Shown: positions 48,901 to 62,295 of the stretch, piece by piece
Position numbering within the stretch: position 1 is the first letter of the stretch
Layout: every line of letters begins with the position of its first letter
DNA from: Rhynchocyon petersi
Taxonomy: Eukaryota
Direction of reading: 5' to 3'
Length of the DNA: 64,000 nt
Assembly: GCA_043290085.1 (NCBI GenBank)
Contig: CM091795.1
Coordinates: 421,897,137-421,961,136 of the forward strand
The notes under the pieces: model-generated
What the model was told of the DNA's origin: nothing
Seen by the model: the letters and a program-made list of their open reading frames with translations, nothing else
Databases searched by the model: none
Program-made: the position numbers and the translations under genes

Positions 48901-50701
48901 ACCGAGGTATCTCTGCACACCATCTCTGCCCAGGACCTGCAACTCCTCGTGTCTTTTGCCTACTCCGGGGCTGTGCAGGCAAGATGGTATGGACTGTTGA
49001 GAGCTGCACAGGCTGCTCTGCAGTACCAGAGCTCATCCTGCCTAGCTCTGTGCCAGAGAGCCTTGGCACAGAACCTCAGCCCTGCCCGGTGCCTGGCCCT
49101 GTTCCCCATGGCCGAAGCCCCTGGGCTGGAGAGTCTCTGGAACAAAGCCCGTCAGTACCTCCTCACCCACCTGCCCGCTGTGGCTTTGTGCCCCGCTTTC
49201 CCTTCTTTGCCAGCTGCTTGCCTGGCTGAGCTCCTAGACAGCGATGAGCTTCATGTGCAGGAGGAGTTAGAGGCCTTTGTGGCTGCACGATGTTGGCTAG
49301 CTGCCAACCCTGAGACCGAAGAGGCAGATGCCAAAGCCCTGCTGCGATGTGTCCGCTTCGGCCGCATGTCTACCAGGGAGCTACGAAGGGTGCGGGCAGT
49401 TGGACTTCCCCCATTCCTGCCTCTGGACCTGCTGCATCAGCTGATGGTGGAGGCTGAGGTTCCAGGTCAGGAGAGGCGGAGGGAGCCTGATCGGGCGCTG
49501 GTGGTGATTGGTGGGGATGGGCTCCGATCAGACATGGCCCTAAGACAGCCATCCCGAGGAGTGTGGTGGGCCCGGGCGTTCTGCTGTGGCATGGGACTGG
49601 TCCGGACTGTGGAGTGGGGGCGGCTGCCCACCCTGCCTGCCCCTGGTCGCTTCCGTCATGGGGCATCGAGCCTATCAGGAAGAGAACTCTACGTATGTGG
49701 AGGACAGGACTTCTACAGCCACTCCAGCACCCTGGCTTCAACGCTCAGGTATGGGCCTCTGTGAGTGAGCAGCACGTGGCTGACCCCAAGGTGGGCAGGT
49801 GAGGAAATTGCCTATCCAGCCAACCACAGGTTCCCAGAATCATTCTACTAATGTCTTGTCCCATGTTTAGGTGGGATCCCAGTCAAGAAGCCTGGGAAGA
49901 GAAGGCACCTTTGTGTCAGGCTCGGTGCTTTTTCCCCCTGGTGACACTGGATGGCCAACTTTATGCTCTGGGTGGACGAGGCAATGGTGTGGCCCTCGAC
50001 TCTGTGGAGGCCTATAACCCTGAACTCAATGCGTGGAGGTGAGTAGGGAGAGGGCATTTCTATAGTATTTCAGGGCTCATATTTGACTGGGTCTCAGAGG
50101 AGCCCTGAAGATGGTAACTGCCTAACCTCCTATCCTGTTCTTTTTCAGGCCAGCACCTGCACTACCAGCACCACGCTTTGCCCACGCAGCGGCTGTTCTG
50201 GAGGGCCGACTGTACCTGAGCGGCGGCTGTAGTGAAACCGATCAATACCTGGCCTCTCTGCTGCACTATAACCCTAAACTTGAGAATCCCGGGACACTTA
50301 TGAGTCCCATGGGGGAGCCTCGGGCTGGCCATGTCATGGCTGCTCTGGGCGGGCGGTTGTATGTAGCAGGGGGCCTAGGTGAGCCTGGGGACTTGCTGAG
50401 CTTCGAGGCCTATGACCTAAGAAGTGATAGTTGGACTCGCCTGGCACCTCTGCCTTCCCCCCACGTGGGGGCTGTAGGAGCCGTGCTGCAGGGGGAGCTG
50501 CTAGTGCTGGGGGGCTATAGCCACCGTACCTACGCCCTCTCCCACCTTATTCATGCCTACTGCCCTGGCCTGGGCCGGTGGCTGTGCCTGGGGACCCTGC
50601 CAAGGCCTCGCGCCGAGATGGCTGCCTGCATCCTGACGCTGCCCACTGTGCAGCACATAGCTTTGGCTCCCACCCGGCACCAAAACAAGCCTGCTGGGTG
50701 A
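42084..50701 (+). CDS. KLHL33: Kelch-like family member 33, long form of about 802 aa, 4 coding exons: 42084-42840, 48818-49748, 49871-50038, 50149-50701; two BTB-like domains followed by BACK and kelch repeats
   Basis: The exon at 48818 onward and the downstream exons translate to ...VHRAALACGSEFFGAMLLSGMKESQGTEVSLHTISAQDLQLLVSFAYSG...DRALVVIGGDGLRSDMALRQPS...|RWDPSQEAWEE...LYALGGRGNGVALDSVEAYNPELNAWR|PAPALPAPRFAHAAAVLEGRLYLSGG...RAEMAACILTLPTVQHIALAPTRHQNKPAG*. This matches human KLHL33 (533-aa form) closely. The upstream exon 42084-42840 is a 757-nt open frame joined by GTGAGG (42841) to an AG acceptor (48816-48817). That join keeps the frame and completes the motif CDLELEAEGCRLR|VHRAALACGSEFFG. 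The first ATG at 42084 is chosen as the first in-frame ATG within a CpG-rich exon. A further 5' non-coding exon or an alternative start cannot be excluded. Confidence 0.8.
43966..44135 (-). repeat. AfroSINE (-), preceded by (ATG)n
   Basis: The sequence reads ggtacagtcgagtcatgactgactcatagctgaccctccctccgggtttccagaggcaataaatctcgagagttgacactactctttctcccctgatgcagctggagg.... Confidence 0.85.
44158..45600 (-). mobile_element. RTE 3' half (-), RT domain to 3' end
   Basis: Minus-strand ORFs 45190-45585 (...SQAGFRRGHGTRDVIADVRWILAASKEYKKNVYLCSIDYAKAFDCVDHNKL), 44905-45183 and 44163-44843 (...MAKRTNKYVLERVQPECSLEARIVNIFLTYFGHVRSGQSLERDIMLGKVESQRGRGRPSTRWLDTVTAAMGSS...) carry RTE ORF motifs. Confidence 0.85.
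45601..45705 (+). mobile_element. Short RTE 3'-end fragment (+) abutting the previous element
   Basis: The plus-strand sequence ...gcacaggaaagggcagggttcagatctgttgtttagggggttgttatgagtcatagttggcttgacagg is the sense strand of the RTE C-terminal/3'UTR region. Confidence 0.55.
47410..47580 (+). repeat. Old tRNA-derived SINE-like element (diverged)
   Basis: The sequence reads ...ctaatccaaaggccacacacttctcaggtggttcaaatccactagcccctcccagaag...ggaaatccagtgaacagagggtcagctatgagtcagctatgagagtcaactc. Confidence 0.45.
48128..48425 (-). mobile_element. RTE 3' fragment (-) upstream of the KLHL33 internal exon
   Basis: The minus-strand ORF 48132-48359 reads ...ERDIMLREVEGRRGRGKPSTRWVDMVTATMGESVSGLVRMAQDRVHFRSMVHRIAMSHPRLDGT. 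Confidence 0.75.
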
Positions 50702-52284
50702 GGAGGGGGTGGCAGCACCTGGAGGGTTACAGGGAAAGAATCAGGAACATCATGCGGAGAGGACAGTGATTCAGGGGAGAGAAGGCTTCATCACTATCGT
50801 TTTTAAAACTCTCACTGGTGATTATTTAGAACTCACAAACTGCTTTTGGGTGTATGATCCCCACTGAGGAAAAGGTGGGTCCTGAAGTGCTGGGGAAAGA
50901 GCTGATGAATGGGAAGCAGCCGGATATCTGGGTAAGAGCAGACCCAGGAGCAACTCTATCCAGGTTTATGAACCTTGACACAATTCTTGAAGGGAAAGTG
51001 TATCTGCTTGGCTAGGAGGAGAATAGTTAAGAATTCCAGTAGCCAAGGGATAATGAAATAATGGTCGGAGAACAATTCTGACCCATGAGTCAAGGAGAAA
51101 AATGTCTGAGAAGTGTTTGAGGGAAGGACTATAAACTACTCAGCTCTATCATCTTCTAGCACTTTCTCTTTCTACTTTCCAATCCCTGGGATGCCTAAAT
51201 CCTCTTGACAACATTCTTTCTCGGATAATTGTAGTTTCAAGCCAGCATGTTGCTACTTTAAACATCACAAACTGCTCCCCAAAGCCTCTGCTGTCTGTCT
51301 GAGAAGTTCCTGTGTGGATCTGAGTAAGGAAACGGGACCTGAGACACCTGTGTGATAGAGTGTGTATGTGGCATCAATGAGAAGGGCAGAGGTAGGAGGA
51401 GGTGGCTCCCATGGAAAAGGACACTGGGGTGATGAGAAATGAGTGAAGAAGTCAGAAGTCTGTCTGGCTTCCTTTTGGGGTAAATTGAGGGATCAGTAGG
51501 GAAAATGAGACAATCGAGGTCCCAAGTTTTGAGAGAGAGGAAAGAGAGTAATTGGAAGCAGAGAATCTGACCAAACACAGTTGTTGATCATTACTCCCTG
51601 CCCAGCCATTCCCTGGGTGAGTTTTAAACCTGCTTCCCTTTATTTTGTCCATGGAGTGTTGATTTGAGCACTTCGTCTCTCCTTCCCTACATCCTGCCTT
51701 TACGTCTGTTTCTCCTTCTCTTCCTCATTTCTCTCCTTCACACAAGTGTTTAATTACCTACTCCGTGCCAAGCACCAGTAGTACAAAGATCAGAGAACTC
51801 CTGACCCATAAGAAGGCTTGTAAACACATACCATTTTGTAGTGGGCTTGGCAGGATGGACAAAACCCTGTGAGAACACAGAGGATGGAGGCATGACCTTT
51901 GACCCTGGAAGCCTTTTATTAGGGAAAGCATTATTTCATGGGTATAGTTTGAGATGAATCTTGAAAGCTGCCAAGAAACTCACCAGTTAGAGAAGGAGCA
52001 ATATATCCCAGTCAGAGAAAGAAATCGCTGATAGAGTTGATTGTGCCCTTTGCTCCATAGAAAAGAGGAAGTATGACTTCAGAGGTTCCTCAGAAAATCT
52101 CTGTAGGCAGTTAGCCTACTCTTCACAAGAATCTTTCTGATTACTCTGGGCTTTCACTTGACTTCCTTAAATCTTTCCTATTTGGCCTGACTTCTGGGTG
52201 GTTCAGGCAAGGAAGGGGCTGTTTTATTTGGTTTTCGTAGAGAGACTTCCCCTTTGTTTATTAAGATGGATAGGGTTATGGCAG

Positions 52285-52455
52285 GGAGCTTTGGTAGCCT
52301 AATGGGTCAGGAGTTGCACTGCCACCCCAAGTGCAAGCAGTTCAAATACTTTAACTGGTCCTCTGGAGAAAAATGGGCAACTCCTCCTGTATGATTTATA
52401 GACTCTGAAAAGGAGGGTCAGTTAGAAGTCAGTTCCATACCTCAATGGCACGTAA
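52285..52455 (+). repeat. Degenerate AfroSINE-like (+)
   Basis: The sequence reads ggtagcctaatgggtcaggagttgcactgccaccccaagtgcaagcagttcaaat...ggagggtcagttagaagtcagttccatacctcaatggcacgtaac. Confidence 0.55.
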
Positions 52456-52759
52456 CAGCAGATTTATGGTGCAATCTCCTAATGAGGAGGTGAGGGGGAC
52501 CCTCTCCCTTATTCCTTTCTTCATTTTTATCCTAGAAACACTTGACATGCTTTTGTTTCTTTTTGGATAGTTTATTCTTTTACTAGGGTTTAAAAAAACC
52601 ATATGATTATTTTTAAGGCTAGGAATAAAGACAAACAACCCAATTATACAATGGGCAGAGGACATGAAAATACACATCAGCAAAGAAGATATACAGGTGG
52701 TCAAACATAAAGTGCTCAAGTCATTATTTATGAACCCAAAAAACTCAAACATATTCTTG

Positions 52760-53200
52760 TCAAGTTGGAGACAACCCCTAGCTGACTCTCTACTGGATTT
52801 CTGAGGTTGAAAATCGCTTGGGAGGAGATTGCACACCTTTCTCCCACTGGACAGCTGATAGATTCCAAGTAACTAACAAGATGCAGCAGTTATGTTTGCA
52901 GAGCAGTGCATTTCCCTAGGCACTAGGCCACTAGAGCACCCTTCCTTAGTTAATCACCACCACACTGCACCTCATTGCCATGGAGTTATGAAGTAATACA
53001 GATCAAAACAACAGTGAGGTATATCATCTCACCTCAGCAACAATAAAGGAGAAACTCACTGCTGTTGAGTCAGTTCTGACTCATAGAGACTTTCCATTGG
53101 CTTTCCAAGACTGCTTTTCTTTCTCCTGTGGTGCATCTGTACTACTGGACACTAAACCTTTGGGTTAGCAGCACAACTAGCTGTAGACTACACCACCAGG
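52760..53200 (-). repeat. Two degenerate AfroSINE-like copies (-) (about 52760-52940 and 53060-53200)
   Basis: The copy at 53060-53200 reads ctgttgagtcagttctgactcatagagactttccattggctttccaagactgc...gggttagcagcacaactagctgtagactacaccaccagg. The copy at 52760-52940 is a similar but weaker match. Confidence 0.5.
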
Positions 53201-53204
53201 ACTC

Positions 53205-53990
53205 CCTCCACCAATAATAGCAAAGTTCAACAAGAGAGCAAACAACAAATGCTGGTGAAGGTGTGAAGACATTGGAGCTCTCATACACTGCTGGCGGAAA
53301 TGTAAAATGGTGCAACCACTATGGAAAGCTGTTTTGCGCTTCCTTAGAAAGTTGAGAATAGAAGTATTATTTGATCCAGCAATTCCACTGCTGGATGTGT
53401 ATCCTTAAAAAAAAAAATAATAATAAGAAGAATTTCGATATTAACTGATATATGTCCACCCATGTTCATTGCAACATTATAATATCAAAGAGATGGAAAC
53501 TATCCAAGAGTCAATCACTGGACAAATGGCTAAAAAACCTATGTTACATCCATGCAATGGATGTGATTATGCATCACTAAGAAAGAAGAATTTATGAAAC
53601 ACTGCAGAACATGGATGAATTTAGAAGAAATGCTTAGTCACCTAAGTTAGTCACAAAAGGGTAATTATGATCTAAGACTGTAGTATCAAAAACTAAGGAA
53701 AGTTTCACACACGGAAGAGTCATTCTTAGATGATTACCAAGGATGAAAAGAGGGGAAGAAGGTAGTAAAAATTAATAAAGGAATTAGTCAAAGGGGAAGT
53801 ATTATCATACATTAAAATGAATTACGTCGATCAATTATTAATGTTAAAAGTGGGTACAATGATTGAAGACTAATATGTATTTTGAAAAATAGACAAAGAA
53901 TATAGTTGAAAATGAAGGGAGGAGTAGGATTTATAAGGAAAGTAAGATTGAAGGAAAAAGAAATGGGGAAAATAGAGGGGAATTGTGTGG
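53205..53990 (+). mobile_element. L1 3'-end fragment (+)
   Basis: The sequence contains ...NAGEGVKTLELSYTAGGNVKWCNHYGKLFCASLES.E.KYYLIQQFHCWMCI... (L1 ORF2 C-terminus) followed by an AT-rich 3'UTR. Confidence 0.7.
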
Positions 53991-53992
53991 TG

Positions 53993-54095
53993 TGTACCGT
54001 CGAGTCGTGAACGACTCATAGTGACCCTCCCGAGGGTTTCCGAAGGCGGTATCTCACACGGAAGTAGAAACCAATCTTTCTCCCGCGGAGCAGCT
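53993..54095 (-). repeat. AfroSINE tail half (-)
   Basis: The sequence reads gtaccgtcgagtcgtgaacgactcatagtgaccctcccgagggtttccgaaggcggtatctcacacggaagtagaaaccaatctttctcccgcggagcagc. Confidence 0.8.
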
Positions 54096-54944
54096 TAGAC
54101 ACTGAAAAATTGTGTCTTTAGGGAACTTACACAAACATTTTCCTTGTGATTTCTACCCACAGACAGGGCAAAATAAAGATTTCCCAGTGATTGAATCTTA
54201 TCTGAATTTCTCTATTATAAAAAAGAAAACCCAGTAAAATACCTGAAAATTTAAATTCTTCACTACATGTCTGTGACCATACTCCTTCCATATCACTGTG
54301 ATTTACCTCTTACCAAATATAATGCTCTATATAGACATCTTGATTTTCCTTCACATTTCTACTGCAATTCACGGGCTTGAAAACTGACTTTTACAAAAAA
54401 TATTACTCTTCTTCGGGTTCCAGAGATAGCACACTTTCCTGGACTTGCTATTTTGGTCGAATGCAAAGGGACAGCAGAATGCCAAAACAAAGTTCCCAGG
54501 TTGTGGCTCTATCCTAAGTAGAGGTGATAGTTAAGGATCCAAATGTATGGATGAGATAGTTTAAGATATCTCCAGCTTTCATGATTTGAGGCTAGAGTGC
54601 AGAGAGATGTCATCTTAGGTCCCTTCTTCAGTTTAAGGTAAATGACATAAACAAGCTAACTGCTTACTCTATGTAGAGTAAGATTCAGAATGGTATTCCA
54701 AATCTAGAATGGACATGTAGTGAGAATCAGGAATTGGGGTGGAAACTATCAGCCTGCACAATCATGGTAGGGAACCAGAACGGCTACATTTTCATGAGGG
54801 ACTGGATACATAGGGGAGCATCTTTAGTGCTCAGAATAGAACTATATGAGTCTTTGTCACTTGTGCCTAATTCTGGGTTGCCTCATTCCTTTCAAAAAAT
54901 ATTTTTGTGGGAAATTTCACTACCAGCAAGGAAGAGGTGGCAGA

Positions 54945-55440
54945 GAATGCAGCATAGGTCCCTCAGAACCTGCCAGACTGCCACTGACATAACTGCAGCA
55001 GCCTCAGCAGAGAACGAGAGACCGTCATGAGACAGAGCTGACTGGAAACTACAGACGGACATGAGGCAGAGCTTACCTGGGACTGCTGTTCATGGAGCTA
55101 AAGCCAGAGGTCTTTACCCAACCTTGCTGGGGAACCCAATAAAGACACCATAACTGGCAGGACTAAATGATTGCAATGCTGGATTCAAGTGTGTCAGGGA
55201 TGGTGAAGATGGTGCGGGATAGGGCGCATTTCAGACCTGCTGTTCACCGGGTCGATGGCACATAATAATAACAAGGAAACTTTGCAATACTGACCTAAGC
55301 TTTGAGGCTGAAGGTCAAAGGACTTGCAACCACTCTTGAGACGCTGGATGGAGGGATCATATCCTGCTGCTAACCTGAATTATAGCCTGTTAACTTTCCC
55401 AATAAACCCCATAACCTTGAAGAAATCTTTTTGCTTCTAT
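54945..55440 (+). repeat. Unclassified interspersed repeat, copy 2, carrying a nested 93-bp RTE 3'-end fragment (55170-55262)
   Basis: It is collinear with 10690-10990. The inserted block 55170-55262 (ggattcaagtgtgtcagggatggtgaagatggtgcgggatagggcgcatttcagacctgctgttcaccgggtcgatggcacataataataac) is an RTE tail. Confidence 0.6.
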
Positions 55441-55767
55441 TCAGAAAGCCCACTTCTTTTCCACCTCTGGGCCTATGGATCACTGGAACGCTTAGTGTGA
55501 TTTTTTTTTTTTTAACAGCCTTCACCTCCATTTGGATAGACCATTAGTTCAGACTCAGCACTGAGTTAGCCCTATCATTCTCCCTGTTTCCTAGACATGG
55601 AAATTTTGAATCATCTTGGGCCTCTTTTCCTGTCTTTTTCTTAATGTTGACTATGTACTAGCTGAACTACTCAGACAGAAGACTACCTGGTCCTTTGTCC
55701 CACATTATTTTTTTCTATCAGATATTTTGTATATAGTGTGCCTTGACTATCTGAAGTCACAAGCCAC

Positions 55768-55942
55768 GACTGGCAGTCTTGTTGAACGACTCATCGTGAC
55801 CCTCGCCAGGGTTTCCGGAGGCAGTATCTCACACAGGAGTGGAAGCCACTCTTTTCTCCCGCGGAGCAGCTGACAGTTTTGAACTGCATGCCTTTGGGTT
55901 GGCAGCGCAGCTCCTTCACTACTAGGCCACACCAGCTGCTAT
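55768..55942 (-). repeat. AfroSINE (-)
   Basis: The sequence reads cttgttgaacgactcatcgtgaccctcgccagggtttccggaggcagtatctcacacaggagtggaagccactcttttctcccgcggagcagctgac...gcagcgcagctccttcactactaggccacacc. Confidence 0.85.
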
Positions 55943-57050
55943 TGAGTTGACTACTATTCACAGCAATCCTATGAACAGCAGATTTGAAACCTGCCCTATC
56001 CTGCACCATCCTCAGCACCCTTGGTATACTCAAGCCCATTATTGCAGTCATTGTGTCCATCCATCTAGTTAAGGGTCTACCTCTTTGTTGTTGACCCTCC
56101 ACCTTTCCGAGTATTCTGTCCCTTTCCAAGGACTGGCCCCTCCTAACAACATGCCCAAAATATGAAGTTTCACCATCCTTGCCTCCAGAGGGCACTCTGG
56201 TTGAACTTTCTCTAAGACACTAGTTTGTTCTTTTGGCAGTCCACAGGATACTGAGCACTCTTCTCCAGCACCACAATTCAAAGGCATCAATTCTTCTGCC
56301 ATCATAATTCAACAGCTAACTTTCAGATGCAAAGCTAGTAATTGAGATCATGGTTTGGACCAGGTGGATCTTTGTCCTCAAACTGACATCATTACTCTTT
56401 AGTACTTTGGAGAGGTTTTTAACAGCAGCAAACTTCCCCAATGTGATACCTCTTTTTATTTCTTGACAGTTGATGCCAATGATGTTGACTGTGGATCCAA
56501 GTAAAATTTAATCCTTGACAGTTTCAATTCTTTCTTCATTGATTATGATGATCCTACCTTCATTTTATTAAGGTTTAGCCTTAATTCATATTGAAGACTA
56601 CAGTCTTTGATCTTCTTCAGCAAGCTTATCAAGTCCCCTTCTCTTTCAGCAAGCAGGGTTATATCATCTGCATAACATAGGTTGTTGATGCATCTTCTTC
56701 CAGTTCTAATGCCATGCTTTTCCTCATAGAGCCCAGCTTCCTGAATAATTTTCTTAACATACAGATTGAATACATGCATGGAAAGGGTACAGCCCTATAC
56801 TATGTTTCCTGATTTTGCACCCTGCAGTGTACCCATGTTCTGTTTGGACAACAGTTTCTTGATTTCGTATAAGCACAATTAAGTGTTCTGCAATTCCCAT
56901 TTCTCTCAGAGCTAGCCATAGTCTATTATTATCCACACAATCAAACACCTTTTCATTGTCAATGAAACACAATTAGCCATTCTTCTGGTATTCTTTGTTT
57001 TCAGCCAAGATCCACCTGACATCTGCAATGATATCCCTGGTGCCAGCAGC
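55943..57050 (-). mobile_element. RTE 3' half (-)
   Basis: Minus-strand ORFs 55791-56195, 56543-56779 (...NNLCYADDITLLAEREGDLISLLKKIKDCSLQYELRLN...) and 56754-56972 carry RTE ORF motifs. Confidence 0.8.
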
Positions 57051-57709
57051 AGGGGCAGACTGGAACAGCCCGAAGGAGCACAGAGGAACCAGGAGCCAGA
57101 AGAGACCTGCTCAGGGCAGTCTCTATAATAAAGATTGGAAGCCTTGGAAAACATCAGACGTCAACACCGTAAAGGGTCAATATAAGAAACTAAAGCTAAA
57201 ACTGCAAACAACTGATCTTAGCACAAAACAAGGCCAAACACTGGGTGAGACCCTTTCATCACAAGTGATTCCGTATCTTCAAACAAGTGGCTCATTAGCC
57301 TCAAAGGAGTAGTAGCTCAAGTCACGTCCTTTATTTCTACCTGAACATTAAGCAGCAGATTCCCTTAAGAATTCAGAACCATTGATCAAGAATTTTGTTG
57401 TATTGCTATTAAGCAAATACTCTAAGAGATACAGAAACACGATAGGGTTTCTTTGGGAACCAAACAGATACGACAGAGACCAATGACCGTTTTTTTTCGT
57501 ACAGTCAATTTCACTGGGATACAATTTCACTTAAATTCATTTTGGAAAACATCTGAGTCTTAGATGGATCTCTGAAGAAAACCTCTGATGCATATGTACA
57601 CGGTCCCCGAATTAGGTAGACTTTGGACAACTTTGTCATAAGTTGGTTCTGACCTAAGTAAAGTTTATTTTTTTTCCTCAAGGTTTCATGATTTTTGTTA
57701 TTTATTATG

Positions 57710-57910
57710 AGTAAGGAGCTTCTAGTGGTACAGTAGTTTAAGCATTTGGCTGTGAGCCAAAAAGTTAGTCATTTAAAACCACCAGACTCTCCGAGAGAGA
57801 AAGATGACACAGTGTACGTCTAAAGATCTATAGTATTTGAAAGCCGAGGCCGTGGTTCGACTCATCCTACGGGGTTGCTATGAGTCAGAATTAACCCAAT
57901 AGCAGTGAGC
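57710..57910 (+). repeat. Older tRNA-derived SINE-like element
   Basis: The sequence reads gagcttctagtggtacagtagtttaagcatttggctgtgagccaaaaagttagtcatttaaaaccaccag...ccgtggttcgactcatcctacggggttgctatgagtcagaattaac. Confidence 0.45.
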
Positions 57911-58035
57911 TTTTGGAACTGATGAATACAGTAGTAGAAAGTGACTATTTTTATAATACAGTGTAATATGAAACTAATATGTTATCTTAGGCAAAAGAAT
58001 GTTCTTTTAATTCTGCATTAGTATTGGTGTGGGGG

Positions 58036-58122
58036 GGTACCACCGAGTTGTGACCAACTCATAGTGACCCTCCTGAGGGTTTCTGGAGGCAATGTATCAC
58101 ATGGGAGTGGAAGCCACTCTTG
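58036..58122 (-). repeat. AfroSINE tail fragment (-)
   Basis: The sequence reads ggtaccaccgagttgtgaccaactcatagtgaccctcctgagggtttctggaggcaatgtatcacatgggagtggaagccactc. Confidence 0.8.
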
Positions 58123-58469
58123 GCTTTCTTGTTAAACTATACCTCTCTTTAGGCCTCTCTTGGAGTCCTTTTATCCACCTTCCCTGTTTGCCTTAACAAT
58201 TTATGACTAGAACTTTCCTTCAGAGTTTGAGTAATCAACACTTAATTCCTTGAGAGCTTGAGTAATGGTGATGATATTGATTTTAGAACAAGAATGTTGG
58301 TGAAATTCCCAATGGTCTTCTGGTAGGGTAAAACCTGTGTATTGTCTGAAGCCAAATACAAAGTTACTCTACTTGTAGAACACCAAAAAAAGTATAGGCA
58401 TCTGGGGGGTCTTTCAGAATATTAGAAAATATTGATACCCCACTTAGCACAGTGCTTACTTCCACCCTA

Positions 58470-60125
<1,656 letters not shown>

Positions 60126-60590
60126 GTTGTTAAGTGCCATCGAGTCGAGGACAACTCATAGCGATGCTATGAACAGCAGACCTAAAATGCGCCCTGTCCT
60201 GTGCCATCCTCACCATCTTTAAAACATTCACACCCATTACTGCAGTGACCATGTCCATCCATCTAGTCAATGGCCTGCCTTTCCTTCTCTGACCCTCCAC
60301 CTTTCCAAGCATGACATCCCTCTCCAGGGACTGTCCTCTCCTAAAAACATGTCCAAAATATGCAAGGTGAAGCTTAACCACCCTTGCCTCCAAGAAGCAC
60401 TCTGGTTGGACTCTCTCCAGGATATACTTGTTTGTTTTCTTGGCCATCACACAGTGACTGCAGTGATGGGCTCAATTATGTCAGCGATGGTTAGGATGGT
60501 GTAGGATAGGTCCAGTTTCAGATCTGCTGTTCATAGGGTTGCTATGAGTTGTCCTTGACTCGACGGCACATACCAACAACAACATAAGTC
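60126..60590. mobile_element. Two RTE 3'-end fragments in opposite orientation (60126-60440 minus; 60441-60590 plus)
   Basis: The minus-strand ORF 60130-60450 reads MMAKKTNKYILERVQPECFLEARVVKLHLAYFGHVFRRGQSLERDVMLGKVEGQRRKGRPLTRWMDMVTAVMG.... Plus-strand 60441-60590 encodes ...TVTAVMGSIMSAMVRMV.DRSSFRSAVHRVAMSCP.LDGT, the same C-terminal region on the other strand. Confidence 0.65.
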
Positions 60591-60770
60591 AGCTGGTGTG
60601 GCCTAGTAGTAAAGGAGCTGTGCTGCCAACCAAAGGCACACGGTTCGAATCTGCCAGCTGCTCCATGGGGAGAAAAGAGTGGCTTCAACTCCCATACTAG
60701 ATACTGCCTCTGGAAACCCTCAGGAGGGTCACCATGAGTCGGTCACAACTCGATGGTACCCCACCACCAC
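60588..60770 (+). repeat. AfroSINE (+)
   Basis: The sequence reads cagctggtgtggcctagtagtaaaggagctgtgctgccaaccaaaggcacacggttcgaatctgccagctgctcc...gggtcaccatgagtcggtcacaactcgatggtacccc followed by (CCA)n. Confidence 0.85.
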
Positions 60771-60774
60771 CACT

Positions 60775-61995
60775 CAAGTCAGGCTGGATTCAGAAGGGGT
60801 CTCGATACCAGGTATATCATTGCAGATGTTAGATGGATCCTGGTTCAAAGTAAAGAATATCAGAAAAATGTCTACCTGTGTTTCACTGATTATGCGAAGG
60901 CATTTGATTGTGTGGACCACAACAAACTATGGCTGACATTGAGGAAGATGGGAATCCCGGAACACTTGATTGTGCTCATGCGAAATCTATACCTACTGCG
61001 CACGGAGCATGGGAATACTGCATGGTTCATCAGGGCTGTATCCTATCCTCATACCTATTCTATCTCTATGCCGAGCAGATTATTAGGGTAGCAGGACTAG
61101 CAGGTCTCTGTGAGGAGGAGCGTGGCATCAGGATTGGAGGAAGATACATCAACAACTTGTGATATGCAGATGATACAGCTTTGCTTGCTGAAAGTGAAGA
61201 AGACTTGAAAGTTCTGCTGCAGAAGCTCAAGGATTATAGTCTGCAATATGGATTGCATCTAGACCTCAGGAAAACCAAGATCCTTACCATGGGACTATCG
61301 GGGGATGTCACAATCAATGGAGAAAGGCTTGAAATTGTCAGTGACTTCATCTTGCTTGGATCCACAGTCAACACCCTTGGCACCAGTAGCCAAGAGATCA
61401 GATTTGGTTGTTGGTTGTGTACCGTCAAGTCGTGAACGACTCATAGAGATCAGAAGACGCATCAGATTGGGAAAGGCTGCTGTTAGGGACCTCTCCAAAG
61501 GGCTGAGGAGCAATGAAGTTAGTCTGAAGACAAAGGTGCACCTGGTCCAAACCATGGTCTTCTCAATCACTAGCCATGCATCTGAGAATTGGACGATGAC
61601 TAGGGATGGCAGGAGAAGAACTGATGTCTTTGAACTGTGGTGCTGGAGAAGAGTGTTCAACATCCCATTGGATGGCCAAGAAAACAAGTATGTCCTAGAG
61701 AAAGTCCAGCCGAAGTGCTCCTTGAAGGCAAGGGTGGTGAAGCTTCACCTTACGTATTTTGAACATGTTGTTAGGAGAGGGCAGTCCCTGGAGAAGGACA
61801 TCATGCTTGGAAAGGTGGAGGGTCAGAAAAGGAGAGGCAGACCCTCAAGTAGATGGATAGACACAGTCACTGCAGTGATGGGTGTGCGTATTTCGGAGAT
61901 GGTGAGGATGGCCCAGGAGAGTGCACTTTTCAGGTCTGCTGTTCACAGGATCTCTATGAGTCTTTGATTTGATGGCACATAACAACAACAACTCA
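60775..61995 (+). mobile_element. RTE (+) RT-to-3' end, with an AfroSINE fragment inserted at 61405-61448
   Basis: ORF 60753-61091 (...YQKNVYLCFTDYAKAFDCVDHNKLWLTLRKMGIPEHLIVLMRNLY...) and ORF 61305-61967 (...[88 protein letters not shown]) carry RTE ORF motifs. Confidence 0.8.
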
Positions 61996-62109
61996 AGGAT
62001 TATAACACATTACATATTTTTGTTTACATTTGCAGTAAGTTAAAATCTGGCTCATGATAGAGCCATGTGTGCAGAGTGGAACTGTTCCACAGACTTTTCA
62101 AAGCTGTGG

Positions 62110-62295
62110 CTGTTTAGAAGCAGTTTGCTGCTTGTCCTTTGTGCCCTTGAAGCACAGTGCACTATTGGTTGGAGGTTCAAACCTAAGGCCTGCTCTGTGG
62201 GAGAAATATAGGCAATACTTCCGTGTGAGATACTGCCTTCGGAAACCCTCGGGAGGGTCACTATGAGTCGTTCACGACTCGACGGTACACCACCA
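62110..62295 (+). repeat. AfroSINE-like (+), diverged head with canonical tail
   Basis: The sequence reads ...ggttcaaacctaaggcctgctctgtgggagaaatataggcaatacttccgtgtgagatactgccttcggaaaccctcgggagggtcactatgagtcgttcacgactcgacggtacacc. Confidence 0.7.
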
